48,419 nucleotides of DNA, from NCBI GenBank assembly GCA_964428825.1, contig CAYRZN010000001.1, forward strand, positions 1 through 48,419. Reading direction: 5' to 3'. Below, piece after piece: positions 27,623-39,103 of this stretch. A program made the position numbers and the translations under genes. The number at the start of each line of letters is the position of its first letter. Position 1 is the stretch's first letter. The notes under the pieces are model-generated. The model had not been told where the DNA came from. It was given only the letters and a program-made list of their open reading frames with translations, and did no database searches. The DNA comes from an uncultured Aeromicrobium sp. (lineage in GTDB: Bacteria; Actinomycetota; Actinomycetes; Propionibacteriales; Nocardioidaceae).

Positions 27623-27976
27623 TCACTTCACAGCCACTTCGGGGCAGTCGCGCCACAGCCGCTCGAGCGCGTAGAACTCACGCTCCTCGACGTGCTGCAC
27701 GTGCACCACGATGTCGGCGAAGTCGAGCAGGATCCACCGGCCCTCACGGGCGCCCTCACGGCGCACGGCCTTGGCACCGTGCTCACGGAGCTTGTCCTCC
27801 ACCTCGTCCTGCACAGCCCGGGCCTGCGTGGAGCTCGTGACGGAGCAGATCAGGAACACGTCGGTGATGTAGAGCTGGTCGGAGACGTCGAAGGCGCGCA
27901 CGTTCGTGGCCGACTTCTCGGTCGCGGCCGCCGCAGCGATGCGGGTCAAATCGAGGGCGAGCTCGGTGGCGGTCAT
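27623..27976 (-). CDS. rsfS: Ribosome silencing factor
   Basis: 'ITDVFLICS', '[13 protein letters not shown]', 'FYALERLW' motifs. ATG overlaps the nadD stop. Confidence 0.93.
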   Translation of the reverse strand: MTATELALDLTRIAAAAATEKSATNVRAFDVSDQLYITDVFLICSVTSSTQARAVQDEVEDKLREHGAKAVRREGAREGRWILLDFADIVVHVQHVEEREFYALERLWRDCPEVAVK

Positions 27977-28569
27977 GAGGAAGGACTTCCCTTTTCGGTG
28001 GAGGCGTAGAGCTCGTGCTTGGCGACGTACTGGACGACGCCGTCGGGCACGAGGTACCAGACGGGCTGACCACTGCGGACACGGTCGCGGCAGTCGGTCG
28101 AGGAGATGGCGAGGGCCGGGATCTCGAGCACCGTGACGCGTCCCTGCGGGAGGTCGGCGAGCATGGACTCGTCGAGGTCGTGCCCGGGACGGGTGCAAGC
28201 CACGAACTGGGCGAGCTCGAAGATCTCGTCGTGGTCGCGCCACGTGAGGATCTGGGCCATGGCGTCGGCCCCGGTGATGAAGAACAGGTCGGCGTCGGGA
28301 CGTTGCCGGGCGATGTCGGTGAGGGTGTCGACCGTGTACGTCGGGCCGCTGCGGTCGATGTCGACCCGGCTGACCTCGAACCGCGGGTTGGCGGCCGTCG
28401 CGATGACGGTCATGAGATAGCGGTGCTCGGCCGGCGACACCTCGCGGTCGGCCTTCTGCCACGGCTGCCCCGTGGGCACGAAGACGACCTCGTCGAGGTC
28501 GAACGTCGCCTGCACCTCACTGGCGGCCACGAGGTGGCCGTGGTGGATGGGGTCGAACGTGCCACCCAT
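27973..28569 (-). CDS. nadD: Nicotinate-nucleotide adenylyltransferase (true start may be further upstream, about 28626)
   Basis: [23 protein letters not shown] and ISST motifs. Confidence 0.95.
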   Translation of the reverse strand: MGGTFDPIHHGHLVAASEVQATFDLDEVVFVPTGQPWQKADREVSPAEHRYLMTVIATAANPRFEVSRVDIDRSGPTYTVDTLTDIARQRPDADLFFITGADAMAQILTWRDHDEIFELAQFVACTRPGHDLDESMLADLPQGRVTVLEIPALAISSTDCRDRVRSGQPVWYLVPDGVVQYVAKHELYASTEKGSPSS

Positions 28570-28622
28570 GACACCGACCCTCCGCCGCGGGGCAGAGGGT
28601 CGTTGCGGGGCGTGGTTCGCGC

Positions 28623-28778
28623 TCAGGTGTGCTCGCGGCCCTTGCCGAAGGCCAGCAGGATGAACAGGAGCGTGAAGAGGATGCCGAGGGCCACCGCACC
28701 GAAGATGTACGGGTTGAGGCCGGCCTCCTCGGCGTGCTCGGAGTTCTCAGCCGCGGCGACCAGGATCGTGGAAAGCAT
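28623..28778 (-). CDS. Small (51 aa) single-TM membrane protein upstream of nadD
   Basis: Acidic N-terminus, TM '[21 protein letters not shown]', tail 'GKGREHT'. TAGATT -10 lies 7 nt upstream of the ATG. Confidence 0.7.
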   Translation of the reverse strand: MLSTILVAAAENSEHAEEAGLNPYIFGAVALGILFTLLFILLAFGKGREHT

Positions 28779-28819
28779 GGGCATCAATCTACCAGCGCCG
28801 GCGGCCGAGCACGCCGCGG

Positions 28820-30100
28820 TCAGCGGACGTGGCCGTCGCCCTCGACGACGTAGGTCGTGGTGGTCATCTCCGGAAGGCCCATCGGACCACGCGCGTGCAG
28901 CTTCTGGGTCGAGATGCCGATCTCGGCACCGAAGCCGAACTCGCCGCCGTCGGTGAACCGCGTGGACGCGTTGACCATGACCGCGGCGGAGTCGACGCCG
29001 AGCGTGAACCGACGCGCCGTGGCCGCCGACCGCGTCACGATCGCCTCGGTGTGGCCCGACGAGAACCGCCGCACGTGCGCGACCGCGTCGTCGACCGAGT
29101 CGACGACACGGGCCGAGATCTCGAGGTCGAGGTACTCGGTGGCGTAGTCCTCGTCGGTGGCCTCCACGACCGCAGGGTCGGTCGCCCGGAACGCGGCATC
29201 GCCGTGGATCACGACGTCGTGGGCCCGCAGGGCCGCGACGACCTTCGGCAGGAACGCGTCCGCGACGTCGCGGTGCACGAGCAACGACTCCGCCGCGTTG
29301 CACACGCTCGTGCGATGGGTCTTGGCGTTGAGCACGATCTCGAGCGCCATGGCGAGATCGGCGTCCGCGTCGACGTAGACGTGGCAGTTTCCGGTGCCGG
29401 TCTCGATCACGGGCACCGTGGACTCCTCCACGACGGCCCGGATCAGTCCCGCACCGCCGCGCGGGATGACCAGGTCGACCAGGCCCCGGGCGCGCATGAG
29501 CTCGGTGGCCGAGGCCCGGTCGTCGCTCCGGAGCAGCGAGACCAGGTCCGCGGGCAGGCCGGCCTGCTCGATCGCGCCGCGCATGACGTCGACGATGACC
29601 GCGTTGGAACGAGCGGCCGACGCCGAGCCGCGCAGCACGACCGCGCTGCCGGCCTTCAGGCAGATCGCCGCGGCGTCCGCCGTCACGTTGGGTCGGCCCT
29701 CGTAGATCATGCCGATGACGCCCATCGGGACCCGGATCTGAGTCAGCCGCAGACCGTTGGGCAGCACCGAGCCACGCACGACCTCGCCGATGGGGTCGGG
29801 GAGCGCCGCGACGTCGCGCACGCCCTGCGCGAAGGCGGCGACCCGGGCAGGGTCCAGCCGGAGCCGGTCGACGACGTTCTCCCCCGTGCCGGCCGCGCGG
29901 GCGGTCTCGACGTCGAGGTCGTTCGCCTCGATGATCCGGTCCGTCGCGGCGACGAGGGCGTCGGCCGCCGCGAGCAGTGCAGCATCCTTCGTGGCGCGCG
30001 TCGCGGTGGCCAGCTCGATCGATGCCTCGCCGGCCCGGCGGGCGGTCGCGTGCACCTCGTCGCGGATCGCCGTGGAGAGGTCGTCGGACAACAGGCTCAT
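28820..30100 (-). CDS. proA: Gamma-glutamyl phosphate reductase
   Basis: [32 protein letters not shown] and KLHARGP motifs. Confidence 0.97.
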   Translation of the reverse strand: MSLLSDDLSTAIRDEVHATARRAGEASIELATATRATKDAALLAAADALVAATDRIIEANDLDVETARAAGTGENVVDRLRLDPARVAAFAQGVRDVAALPDPIGEVVRGSVLPNGLRLTQIRVPMGVIGMIYEGRPNVTADAAAICLKAGSAVVLRGSASAARSNAVIVDVMRGAIEQAGLPADLVSLLRSDDRASATELMRARGLVDLVIPRGGAGLIRAVVEESTVPVIETGTGNCHVYVDADADLAMALEIVLNAKTHRTSVCNAAESLLVHRDVADAFLPKVVAALRAHDVVIHGDAAFRATDPAVVEATDEDYATEYLDLEISARVVDSVDDAVAHVRRFSSGHTEAIVTRSAATARRFTLGVDSAAVMVNASTRFTDGGEFGFGAEIGISTQKLHARGPMGLPEMTTTTYVVEGDGHVR

Positions 30101-30137
30101 GGGCGAATCCTATGCCGCGGCACCTCGGGCGGATCAG

Positions 30138-30512
30138 CTACTGGGCTCGCCGTCCAGCGCGCCCGTCCTGCTCCTCCTGCTCCTGATCGCGTCGGTGCAC
30201 CCAGGCGTACGGGCGGTGGACGCCACGCACGTAGGGCCGGCCGCCCGCGACGCCGGTGTAGCGGTCGATCTCGGCCCACTGCGTGCAGGCGGCGAGCACG
30301 GGGCACTGCTGGCAGACCTCGATGAGCGGGGCTGCCGCGACGAGGGCCTCGTCGACGGACCGCGCCTCCATCCAGCGCTGCTCGCCCTCGGCCCACTCGG
30401 CCTCGCGACCGACGCAGCTCGCGCGAGCGAGGCGTGCCGACGCCTGGGCCGCCCGGACGTCGCGGCTCGACAGACGCAGGCTCGGTCCTTGTCGCTGGCC
30501 GGCAGCCGTCAC
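30138..30512 (-). CDS. Divergent WhiB-like (4-Cys) protein
   Basis: AGGAGG RBS 5 nt before GTG 30512. C-x33-C-x2-C-x5-C followed by GVAGG, a variant of the Wbl G[IV]WGG turn. Confidence 0.65.
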   Translation of the reverse strand: MTAAGQRQGPSLRLSSRDVRAAQASARLARASCVGREAEWAEGEQRWMEARSVDEALVAAAPLIEVCQQCPVLAACTQWAEIDRYTGVAGGRPYVRGVHRPYAWVHRRDQEQEEQDGRAGRRAQ

Positions 30513-30717
30513 CTCGACCTCCTGTGCTGAGCTCGTGCGGACGTGGAAGTGCTCGCGATCCTGGACATGCTCACGTCGTCCCCCAGTCGGCGTGGTCAGG
30601 CCTCCCGAACGGCCGACTCGCGGCGATCCTCTACCGGTGGACCCCGAAACCACGACCGCACGATCCGCCGCTCACCGAGGTTGGATGAACGTCCCAGAAT
30701 CGGGGTCTCACTGGGTC

Positions 30718-32286
30718 CTAGGCGGGCTGAGGAGCCAGCGGAGCGCCGCCGTCGCCGGGGGGCCCAGCCGTCTCCGCGCGCACCACGGCGGCCACAGCGG
30801 TGCGGGAGTCGACGCCGAGCCGGTCCAAGATGGCCGAGACGTGCTTCTCGACCGCCTTGACCGACAGACCGAGCGAGTCGGCGACCTCGGCGTTCGTCAA
30901 CCCCTCGGCGACCAGCGCGGCGACCTCGCGCTGGCGCACGGTCAGAGCGGCGCGGGGAGCCGGCGCGGGGCCGCCCCCGACGGGCACGATGCGCGCCAGG
31001 TCGACCCGTCGTGGGGCCGACAGGAGCCGCAGGATCTCGGAGACGTCACGTTCGACGGTCTTGACCGAGACCCGCATGAGCTCGGCGATCTCGCGATTGC
31101 GACGCCCGAGCGCCGCCAGCCGCGCCACGAGCTGGCGGCGCCCGTCCAGCTGGTCCCACCCGATCCCGGGCACCGGCCGCGGCGCGGCTCCCGTCGTCGC
31201 CAGCTCGCGCTCGAACCAGGCCGTCACCTCGTCCGGTCCCGCCTCGCTCGCGAGGCGAGCCGTCTCGGCAGCCGCCTCGGCGTCACCGCTGCCCTGCTCC
31301 GCGACCGCGCGGAGCATCCGCGCACGCAGCACGTACAGGGCTCCCCCGACCTCGCCGGCCCGCTCCCCCGACGCCTGCGCCTGGGCGCTCGCCGCGGGAA
31401 GGTCACCGACCACGACCGCCACACGGGCGCGTGCCCGGTGCAGGGCCGCCTCGGCCATCGGGTGGTCGGACACGTGCAGCGTGTCGGCCAGACCGACGTA
31501 CTCGGCGGCGACCGCCACCTGGGCGTTGGCGAGCGCTCCCTCGACCATGACGTCGATCGCGTAGGCGCGGGCGAACAGTGGGAGCTCCGGCACTCCATGG
31601 CCCCCGCACGACGTGAACAACAGCTCGGCTGCCGCTGTGGGACGACCCGCGGCACTCAGGGCGAGGGCTCCCAGGACGTGGGCCATCTGCTCGGCGAACG
31701 TGCGCACCGTGGGGACCCGGACCCGGAGTGCCTCGGTCCACAGCTCCACCCGGGGAACGTCACCCGCGTGGGCCGCGACGAACGTCTCGACGGCCTCGGC
31801 CACGAGAGCGGTGGCCGGCCAGTCACGTCGCAGCATCTCGAGGCGGACCGCCTCCGCCTCGTGCCGCGCCTCGGCGAGCCGACCCAGGAAGGCCAGGGCC
31901 CGCGCCCTGACGAGGCGGCACGCAAGGTGCCAGAGGCCGTCCGGCGGCGTCGTCCCGGCCGCCACGACGGCCAAGCGCTCCGACTCCGCCACCAGCCCGG
32001 CCGTCATGGCCGTCTCGGCCCTCAGGTATCGCACGAAGGCGGCGTCGCCCGGGTTCGCCGGGAGCGGCCCGGCCAGGTGCTGGGGCGCACGCGCGAGGCA
32101 CGCGGCCGCCACCAGGTCGCGCACCGCGTCGGCGACCGGCTCCCCCGTCGGCGCCCCACCCTCCACGAGCGTGACGGCCTCGCGGTACCGGCGCGCGAGA
32201 AAGAGCACGTAGGGCCAGTCGGGGGCGCCGGCCCCCGAGGGGTCGGTCGCCCCCGTGAGCAGCGCGCGAGCCGCCGTGCGGGTCAT
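30718..32286 (-). CDS. LuxR family regulator with helical-repeat N-terminus and two tandem LuxR HTH domains
   Basis: 'GRRNREIAELMRVSVKTVERDVSEIL' and 'GLTNAEVADSLGLSVKAVEKHVSAIL'. TACGCT -10 lies 7 nt before the ATG. Confidence 0.85.
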   Translation of the reverse strand: MTRTAARALLTGATDPSGAGAPDWPYVLFLARRYREAVTLVEGGAPTGEPVADAVRDLVAAACLARAPQHLAGPLPANPGDAAFVRYLRAETAMTAGLVAESERLAVVAAGTTPPDGLWHLACRLVRARALAFLGRLAEARHEAEAVRLEMLRRDWPATALVAEAVETFVAAHAGDVPRVELWTEALRVRVPTVRTFAEQMAHVLGALALSAAGRPTAAAELLFTSCGGHGVPELPLFARAYAIDVMVEGALANAQVAVAAEYVGLADTLHVSDHPMAEAALHRARARVAVVVGDLPAASAQAQASGERAGEVGGALYVLRARMLRAVAEQGSGDAEAAAETARLASEAGPDEVTAWFERELATTGAAPRPVPGIGWDQLDGRRQLVARLAALGRRNREIAELMRVSVKTVERDVSEILRLLSAPRRVDLARIVPVGGGPAPAPRAALTVRQREVAALVAEGLTNAEVADSLGLSVKAVEKHVSAILDRLGVDSRTAVAAVVRAETAGPPGDGGAPLAPQPA

Positions 32287-32345
32287 GGGCGTGAGCGTAG
32301 GGCAGCCGACGGTCCACGACCGGGGAACCCCACGGCGGGGTGCGG

Positions 32346-33449
32346 CTACGACAGGCGGGCGTTTCCGAGGATCATGAGGTCGTCGCGGTGGACGACCTCA
32401 CGGTCGTAGTCCGGGCCGAGGTCCGCCACGAGGTCGGCCGTCGAGCGGCCCAGGAGCCTGGGCAGCTCGCCGCTGTCGAAGTTCACGAGGCCTCGCGCGA
32501 CGACCGTGCCGCCGGAGTCGACCAGGTCAACCGGGTCACCCGCGGCGAAGTCGCCGGTGACGCCCGTGACACCGGCCGCCAGGAGCGAGGCACCTCGCTC
32601 GGTGAGGGCACGGACGGCGCCGTCGTCGAGCACGACCGCACCCTTGGTCTGGCTGGCGTGGGCCAGCCAGAGCAAGCGGGACGAGCGACGCTTGCCGGTC
32701 GAGGCGAACCGGGTGCCCACGGCCGCACCCTCGAGCGCGGCGGCAGCGCGGTCGGCCCGCGTGAGCACGACCGGGATGCCCGCCGCCGTGGCGATGCGTG
32801 CCGCCTCCACCTTCGTGACCATGCCTCCGGTGCCGACGGCCGAGCCCACCCGGGCGATGTCGACCCCCTCGAGGTCCGACTCACCCGACACGGTGGGGAT
32901 CAGACGTGAGTCCGGCTCGGACGGATGGGCCGTGTGCAGCCCGTCGACGTCCGACAGGAGCACGAGGAGGTCCGCGTGCACGAGATGGGCCACCAGCGCG
33001 GCCAGCCGGTCGTTGTCGCCGAACCGGATCTCGCTGGTCGCGACGGTGTCGTTCTCGTTGACCACCGGCACGATCCCGAGCTCGAGCAGCTTGGCGAACG
33101 TCTGGTGCGCGTTGCGGTAGTGGCTGCGCCGGGTGACGTCGTCGACCGTGAGGAGGACCTGGCCCACCGTGAGGCCCCGGACGGCGAAGCGGCTGGAGTA
33201 CTCCGCCATCAACGCGCCCTGCCCCACGCTGGCCGCAGCCTGCTGCGTGGCGAGATCCTGCGGTCGCTCGGGCAGCCCGAGCGGACCGAGGCCCGCGGCG
33301 ATCGCGCCGGAGCTGACCAGGACGACGTCGTCACCGCGAAGGCGAGCGGCCGCGAGCGCCTCGACCAGGCTCTCGAGCCGGTCGGGGTCGATGTGACCGC
33401 CCGGTGTCGTCAGGGACGACGAGCCGATCTTGACGACCACGCGGCTCAT
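32346..33449 (-). CDS. proB: Glutamate 5-kinase
   Basis: [28 protein letters not shown] motifs and a PUA domain. Confidence 0.97.
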   Translation of the reverse strand: MSRVVVKIGSSSLTTPGGHIDPDRLESLVEALAAARLRGDDVVLVSSGAIAAGLGPLGLPERPQDLATQQAAASVGQGALMAEYSSRFAVRGLTVGQVLLTVDDVTRRSHYRNAHQTFAKLLELGIVPVVNENDTVATSEIRFGDNDRLAALVAHLVHADLLVLLSDVDGLHTAHPSEPDSRLIPTVSGESDLEGVDIARVGSAVGTGGMVTKVEAARIATAAGIPVVLTRADRAAAALEGAAVGTRFASTGKRRSSRLLWLAHASQTKGAVVLDDGAVRALTERGASLLAAGVTGVTGDFAAGDPVDLVDSGGTVVARGLVNFDSGELPRLLGRSTADLVADLGPDYDREVVHRDDLMILGNARLS

Positions 33450-35083
33450 CGCGCGTCGGTCTCCTCGGTCCCCTCGGCCTCGGCGGCGTCGGTGACGACT
33501 CCCGCGTCGGTCGCGGCCGGGCTGGCCGGCGCATCGGGATGGAGCGCGTCCTCGTCGTCGAGGTCGTAGAACTCGAAGTAGTCCTGGTCGGGCTGCGACG
33601 TGCGCACCTCGCGCGCCGCTGCCTCAGCGGCCCTCTTGGCCGCCAGGTCGTCACGGCGCTGGCGGTTGGTGCGGCGGTCGTTCTCGTCGAACCGCAGGTC
33701 GCCACCACGCGGGCCGAGGACCTCGGCGCCGACCGGGGTCTGCGGATCGAAGTCGAACACCACGGCGCCGTCGTCCTCGGGGCCCGTGCCACCGATGATG
33801 ACGTCGTCGCCGGCCTCCGCACCCAGCTTGAGCAGGCGGTCCTCGATGCCCAGACGGTTGAGCCGGTCGGCCAGGAAGCCCACCGCCTCGTCGTTGGAGA
33901 AGTCGGTCTGTCGCACCCACCGCTTGGGCTTCTCGCCCCGGACGACCCACTGGGGCGCGTCCTCCGAACCCTTGCGGACGACCGTGAACTCGGCGTCGAC
34001 GCCGGTCTCGGACCTCGGACGCAGAACGATGCGGGTCGGCGGCGCGTCGGGCGCGGCGTCGCGGCGCGAGTTCACGATGTCGGCCATCGCGAAGCTCAGC
34101 TCGCGCAGTCCCGCGTGGCTCGCGGCCGACACGTCGAAGACCCGCAGCCCACGGGCGACCAGGTCGGCGCGCACGAACTCCGCGATCTCGGCGGCGTCCG
34201 GGACGTCGGTCTTGTTGAGCGCGACGAGGCGCGGACGGTCCTGGAGATCGGTCTCGGTGGCCTGCGCGTACCGCGCCAGCTCGTTCTCGATGATGTCGAG
34301 GTCGGTCAACGGGTCGCGGCCGGGCTCGACCGTGGCGCAGTCGATGACGTGCACCAGGGCGGCGCACCGCTCGATGTGACGCAGGAAGTCGTGACCGAGG
34401 CCCTTGCCCTCGCTGGCACCCTCGATCAGGCCGGGCACGTCCGCGACGGTGAACGTGGTCTGACCGGCCGTCACGACGCCGAGGTTGGGCACGAGCGTCG
34501 TGAACGGGTAGTCGGCGATCTTCGGGCGCGCTCGCGACAGCGCCGCGATGAGGCTGGACTTGCCCGCGCTGGGGAAGCCCACGAGGCCGATGTCGGCGAC
34601 CACCTTGAGCTCGAGGGTGACGACGAGCTCGTCGCCGGGCTCACCCTTCAGCGCGAAGCCGGGGGCCTTGCGCTTGGAGGAGGCGAGCGCTGCATTGCCG
34701 AGCCCGCCGCGGCCACCGGCCGCGATGACGACCTCGGTGCCGACACCGATCAGGTCGGCGAGCTGCTCGCCCGTGGCCGCGTCGCGCACGACCGTGCCGT
34801 CCGGCACCGGGAGCACGAGGTCGTCGCCGTTGGCGCCGCTGCGGTTGGAGCCCGCGCCGGGCATGCCCTTGCCGCCGGCCCGCTTGGGCTCGTGGTGGTA
34901 GTCGATCAACGTCGTGACGTCGGCCGCGACCCGCAGGATCACGTCACCGCCGTGGCCGCCGTTGCCGCCGTCGGGCCCCCCGAGGGGCTTGAACTTCTCG
35001 CGGTGGACCGAGGCGACGCCATGGCCGCCCGATCCGCCTGAGACCTGCAGCGTCACGCGGTCGATGAAGCTGGGGATCGCCAT
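33446..35083 (-). CDS. obgE: GTPase ObgE/CgtA
   Basis: Gly-rich Obg fold, [18 protein letters not shown] and NKTD motifs. Confidence 0.97.
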   Translation of the reverse strand: MAIPSFIDRVTLQVSGGSGGHGVASVHREKFKPLGGPDGGNGGHGGDVILRVAADVTTLIDYHHEPKRAGGKGMPGAGSNRSGANGDDLVLPVPDGTVVRDAATGEQLADLIGVGTEVVIAAGGRGGLGNAALASSKRKAPGFALKGEPGDELVVTLELKVVADIGLVGFPSAGKSSLIAALSRARPKIADYPFTTLVPNLGVVTAGQTTFTVADVPGLIEGASEGKGLGHDFLRHIERCAALVHVIDCATVEPGRDPLTDLDIIENELARYAQATETDLQDRPRLVALNKTDVPDAAEIAEFVRADLVARGLRVFDVSAASHAGLRELSFAMADIVNSRRDAAPDAPPTRIVLRPRSETGVDAEFTVVRKGSEDAPQWVVRGEKPKRWVRQTDFSNDEAVGFLADRLNRLGIEDRLLKLGAEAGDDVIIGGTGPEDDGAVVFDFDPQTPVGAEVLGPRGGDLRFDENDRRTNRQRRDDLAAKRAAEAAAREVRTSQPDQDYFEFYDLDDEDALHPDAPASPAATDAGVVTDAAEAEGTEETDAR

Positions 35084-35108
35084 GTCACCTCCTCGGTGTC
35101 ATACGTGG

Positions 35109-35157
35109 AAAGAAAGAAGCAGGAGGACGGCCCGCACCTGGCGGACCGCCCTCCTGC
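35109..35157 (-). terminator. Intrinsic terminator between rpmA and obgE
   Basis: GCAGGAGGGCGGTCCGC/GCGGGCCGTCCTCCTGC stem followed by TTCTTTCTTT on the minus strand. Confidence 0.75.
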
Positions 35158-35183
35158 AGGAAGAGCTCTGCGTCAGCGCCGGA

Positions 35184-35441
35184 TCAGACCGACGACGGGA
35201 CGATGTTGACGACCTTGCGGCCGCGCTTGGTGCCGAACTCCACGGCACCGGCCGACAGCGCGAAGAGGGTGTCGTCGCCACCGCGGCCCACGTTGGTGCC
35301 GGGGTGGAAGTGGGTGCCACGCTGGCGGACGATGATCTCGCCGGCGTTCACCTCCTGACCACCGAAGCGCTTGACGCCGAGTCGCTGGGCATTGGAGTCG
35401 CGGCCGTTCTTGGTGGACGCCGCGCCCTTCTTGTGAGCCAT
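35184..35441 (-). CDS. rpmA: 50S ribosomal protein L27
   Basis: [21 protein letters not shown] motif. Confidence 0.98.
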   Translation of the reverse strand: MAHKKGAASTKNGRDSNAQRLGVKRFGGQEVNAGEIIVRQRGTHFHPGTNVGRGGDDTLFALSAGAVEFGTKRGRKVVNIVPSSV

Positions 35442-35453
35442 GTGTCAGGTCCT

Positions 35454-35762
35454 CTACTTGAGTCCGGTGATCTTGACCTGGGTGTACTTCTGACGGTGCC
35501 CCTGGCGCTTCTTGTACCCGGTCTTGTTCTTGTACTTCTGGATGATGATCTTCTTGCCCTTGGTGCCACCGAGCACCTCGGCCGTCACGCTGACCTTGGC
35601 CAGCTTGGCGGCATCGGTCGTGACGGTGTCGCCGTCGACCAGGAGGACGGCGGGGAGCGAGAGTGACTCGCCGGCGGCCGAGGCCACCTGGTCGATCTCG
35701 ATGACGTCGCCGACGGCCACCTTCTGCTGGCCGGCGCCACTGCGCACGATTGCGTACACCAC
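35454..35762 (-). CDS. rplU: 50S ribosomal protein L21
   Basis: YAIVRSG..QQKV and [16 protein letters not shown] motifs. Start is GTG 35762 or 35759. Confidence 0.97.
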   Translation of the reverse strand: MVYAIVRSGAGQQKVAVGDVIEIDQVASAAGESLSLPAVLLVDGDTVTTDAAKLAKVSVTAEVLGGTKGKKIIIQKYKNKTGYKKRQGHRQKYTQVKITGLK

Positions 35763-35868
35763 GGGGAATTCCTTCGTCGAAAGCCTTGCGGGACTGATGC
35801 GCGCGGACGGCGCATCCGAATCAGAGGGGCGCGTCACGAAAGCTCCGTGTGCACGCCGACGGTCAAGT

Positions 35869-38793
35869 CTACGGAGCCTGACCCTCCTCGGTCAAAACGG
35901 GGGCGTCGTCGGACGGCTCCGGCTCGGTCACACCCGACTCCGGGGTGGCCTCAGGGGCCGGCGGGGCCGGCGCCTCGTCGGGCTCCGGTGCGGGCGGGAC
36001 AGGGGCCTGCACCGACTCGTCGCCGGACTCGGCGGGGGGCTGCGTGGCGGCCTCGACGTCGGACGTCGGCGCGTCGACGGCCGCGAGCTCGTCCGCGGAC
36101 GCCTCGTCGGCAGCCTGTTCGGCGTCCTTCGCGGGCTGCTGACGGCCGCGGCCGTTCCGGCCACCGCCTCTGCCACCGTTGCCGTTGCCGTTGTCCTTCG
36201 CGACAGCGTCCTTGGCGTCATCGCCCGATGCGGTGTCGCCGTCGGCCTCGTCACGGGAGCCGTTGCTGCTGCTCTTCGACTGCTGGCCGCCCGACTGCTG
36301 GGCGCCACCACTCTGGGCTCCACCGTTTTGGGCACCACTGTTCTGGGCACCACTGTTCTGGGCTCCGCGTCCGCCGCGCCCGCCGCGACGACGTCCGTCG
36401 TCCTTGCGGGGCTCGACCGGCTCGGCGTGCAGCTGCACGCCCCGGCCCTTGCAGTGCTCGCAGTCGGTGCTGAAGGACTCCAGGAGTCCGGTGCCGATGC
36501 GCTTGCGCGTCATCTGGACCAGGCCCAGCGAGGTGACCTCGGCGACCTGGTGACGCGTGCGGTCGCGGCCGAGGCACTCGACCAGGCGACGCAGGACGAG
36601 GTCGCGGTTGGACTCCAGCACCATGTCGATGAAGTCGATCACGATGATGCCGCCGATGTCGCGCAGGCGGAGCTGACGGACGATCTCCTCGGCCGCCTCG
36701 AGGTTGTTCTTGGTGACGGTCTCCTCGAGGTTGCCCCCGGAGCCGGTGAACTTGCCCGTGTTGACGTCGACGACCGTCATGGCCTCCGTGCGGTCGATGA
36801 CCAGCGATCCTCCCGACGGCAGCCAGACCTTGCGGTCGAGCGCCTTGAGGATCTGCTCGTCGACCCGGTACTCGGCGAAGACGTCGGGCGCGGTGTCGTC
36901 GCTGGGCTCCCACAGCGTGAGCCGGTCGGCGAGGTCGTGGGCGACGTGGCCCACGTAGCTCGAGATGTTGTCCCAGGCCTCACGGCCCTCGACCACGAGT
37001 GACGAGAAGTCCTCGTTGAACAGGTCGCGGACGACCTTGATGACGAGGTCAGGTTCGGCGTAGAGCAGCTCGGGGGCACGTCCGGCCGCCACCTTGCGCT
37101 CGATGTCGTCCCAACGGGCCTTGAGCGACGTGACGTCGCGGGTCAGCTGCTCCTCGGTGGCGCCCTCGGCGGCGGTGCGGACGATGACGCCCGCGTCCTC
37201 CGGCAGGACCTCCTTGAGGAGGGTCTTGAGGCGGGCGCGCTCGGTGTCGGGCAGCTTGCGCGAGATGCCGTTGTTCTGCCCGCCCGGCACGAACACCAGG
37301 AATCGGCCCGGGAGGCTGATCTGGCTCGTCAGACGGGCGCCCTTCTGGCCGACCGGGTCCTTCGAGACCTGCACCAGCACGGTCTGGCCCGGCGTCAGGG
37401 CGTCCTCGATCTTGCGAGCCTTGCCGTTGCCGAGGGTCGACCAGTCGACCTCACCGGCGTACAGCACGGCGTTGCGGCCGGCGCCGATGTCGACGAACGC
37501 GGCCTCCATGCTCGGCAGGACGTTCTGCACCTTGCCGAGGTAGACGTTGCCGATCAAGGAGGTCTGGGACTCCCGCGCCACGTAGTGCTCGACGAGGACC
37601 TTGTCCTCGAGCACCGCGATCTGGGTGTAGGTGTCGGTGGCAGCGTTCGAGCCGGCACCGGAGCCGGTGTGCTGGCGCACGATCATCTGGCGGTCGACGG
37701 CCTCGCGACGGGCGAGGAACTCGGACTCGCTGACGATGGGCGCACGGCGACGACCGGCCTCGCGGCCCTCGCGGCGACGCTGCTTCTTCGCCTCGAGACG
37801 GGTCGATCCGGTGACACCGGTGATCTCGTCCTCGGCGGAGCGGCCCTCACGGACCCGGACGACGGTGTTCTCGGGGTCGTCGGTCGAGGTGGGTCCGCCG
37901 GACCCGTCGCCCGCGCGGCGGCGGCTGCGACGACGTCGGGTCGTGCCCGAGCCACCGTTCTCGTCGTCGGACTCGCCGTCGCCGGCCTCGTCGGACTGGT
38001 CGCTGTCGTTGTCGGAGTCGTCGGACGAGTCGTCGTCGGAACCCTGCTGGCCCCCACCGGACTTGCGTCGGCGGCGGCCACCGCGGCTGCGGCGGCGACG
38101 CTTGGCGGCGCCGCCGTCCTCGTCGTCGGAGTCGTCGTCGTCGGAGTCGCCGTCGCCGGCGTCGGAGGTGTCGTCGGAACGCTCGCCGCGCTCGTCGCCG
38201 CGGTTGCGGCCACGGTTGCCGCCGGCCTCAGGCTCGTCGTCCTCGTCGTCGTCATCGGCCTCGACGGGGGCGCGTCGGCGGGCCGGGGCGGGGGCGGCGG
38301 GCGGTGCCTGGAAGAGCAGTCCGCCGATGCCGGGCACCACGACCTCACCCTGGTCGGCGGCGCTCTCGTCGAGGTCGTCGAGGTCGTCGACCTCGTCGAC
38401 GGGGTCGACCGCGTCGCTCAGCTCGTCGGTGAGGTCGTCATCGAGCTCGACCTCGTCCTCCGCGGCCTCAGGAGTCTCGGTGGGCTCGGGCGGCGGCGGG
38501 GGCACCTGACGAGTCCTGCGCCCCCCGGACTGCTTGGCGCGGCTCGAGGTGCGCGTCCCGCCGGCCTTGGGAACCTCGACGGCCTCCGGCGTGGTGCCCG
38601 AGGTGGCCGCCGCGCCGTCGGGCGCCGACCCCTCGTCCGGCGCCGAGGTGCCGGGGGCGGCGAAGATGTCGCCGCTCACGGGGGCGGGCGGACCAGCGGG
38701 GCGAGCGGCGGCGCGTCGACGCGGCCGCGAGCTCGAGCGGGTGGTGCCGCCCTGCTCGGTGGTGCTGGTGGGGGTCGAGTCCTCGTCGAGCAT
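35869..38793 (-). CDS. rne: Ribonuclease E/G family with long disordered N- and C-terminal regions
   Basis: [41 protein letters not shown] and CEHCKGRG motifs. GAAGGAG RBS before ATG 38793. Confidence 0.95.
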   Translation of the reverse strand: MLDEDSTPTSTTEQGGTTRSSSRPRRRAAARPAGPPAPVSGDIFAAPGTSAPDEGSAPDGAAATSGTTPEAVEVPKAGGTRTSSRAKQSGGRRTRQVPPPPPEPTETPEAAEDEVELDDDLTDELSDAVDPVDEVDDLDDLDESAADQGEVVVPGIGGLLFQAPPAAPAPARRRAPVEADDDDEDDEPEAGGNRGRNRGDERGERSDDTSDAGDGDSDDDDSDDEDGGAAKRRRRSRGGRRRRKSGGGQQGSDDDSSDDSDNDSDQSDEAGDGESDDENGGSGTTRRRRSRRRAGDGSGGPTSTDDPENTVVRVREGRSAEDEITGVTGSTRLEAKKQRRREGREAGRRRAPIVSESEFLARREAVDRQMIVRQHTGSGAGSNAATDTYTQIAVLEDKVLVEHYVARESQTSLIGNVYLGKVQNVLPSMEAAFVDIGAGRNAVLYAGEVDWSTLGNGKARKIEDALTPGQTVLVQVSKDPVGQKGARLTSQISLPGRFLVFVPGGQNNGISRKLPDTERARLKTLLKEVLPEDAGVIVRTAAEGATEEQLTRDVTSLKARWDDIERKVAAGRAPELLYAEPDLVIKVVRDLFNEDFSSLVVEGREAWDNISSYVGHVAHDLADRLTLWEPSDDTAPDVFAEYRVDEQILKALDRKVWLPSGGSLVIDRTEAMTVVDVNTGKFTGSGGNLEETVTKNNLEAAEEIVRQLRLRDIGGIIVIDFIDMVLESNRDLVLRRLVECLGRDRTRHQVAEVTSLGLVQMTRKRIGTGLLESFSTDCEHCKGRGVQLHAEPVEPRKDDGRRRGGRGGRGAQNSGAQNSGAQNGGAQSGGAQQSGGQQSKSSSNGSRDEADGDTASGDDAKDAVAKDNGNGNGGRGGGRNGRGRQQPAKDAEQAADEASADELAAVDAPTSDVEAATQPPAESGDESVQAPVPPAPEPDEAPAPPAPEATPESGVTEPEPSDDAPVLTEEGQAP
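36292..36366 (-). repeat. 15-bp imperfect tandem repeat in rne ([15 protein letters not shown] units)
   Basis: ACTGTTCTGGGCACC-like units; translation [25 protein letters not shown]. Confidence 0.8.
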
Positions 38794-39103
38794 CTGCTCT
38801 CCTTCACCTCGGCCACCCGCGGGCGGTTCGAGGAGTGTCACGGCCCGACAGGCGGGCTCGAAGTCTGGGGCGGTTCCGACCGGGTGGTCGGGGACGGCGG
38901 CCAGGTCCGTCAGGGTGCTGGGGTGCGCCGCCGCGGTCGACACCTGGTGGGTGCGTCGCGGTCGAGGCGGGTCCCACCACGATGGTGGTCCTGCGTTCCG
39001 TCCGGTCGAACAGCGTCAGCGACGCAGGAACGACCGTGGCCAGTATCGCACAGACACCTCACGGTCACCCGGACGTCACCCACACCCCGGGGAGATCATT
39101 CGG

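Noticed and set aside
33446-33700. Extended acidic C-terminal tail of ObgE
   Set aside because: Variable low-complexity tails are common in actinobacterial ObgE, and no distinct domain is evident.
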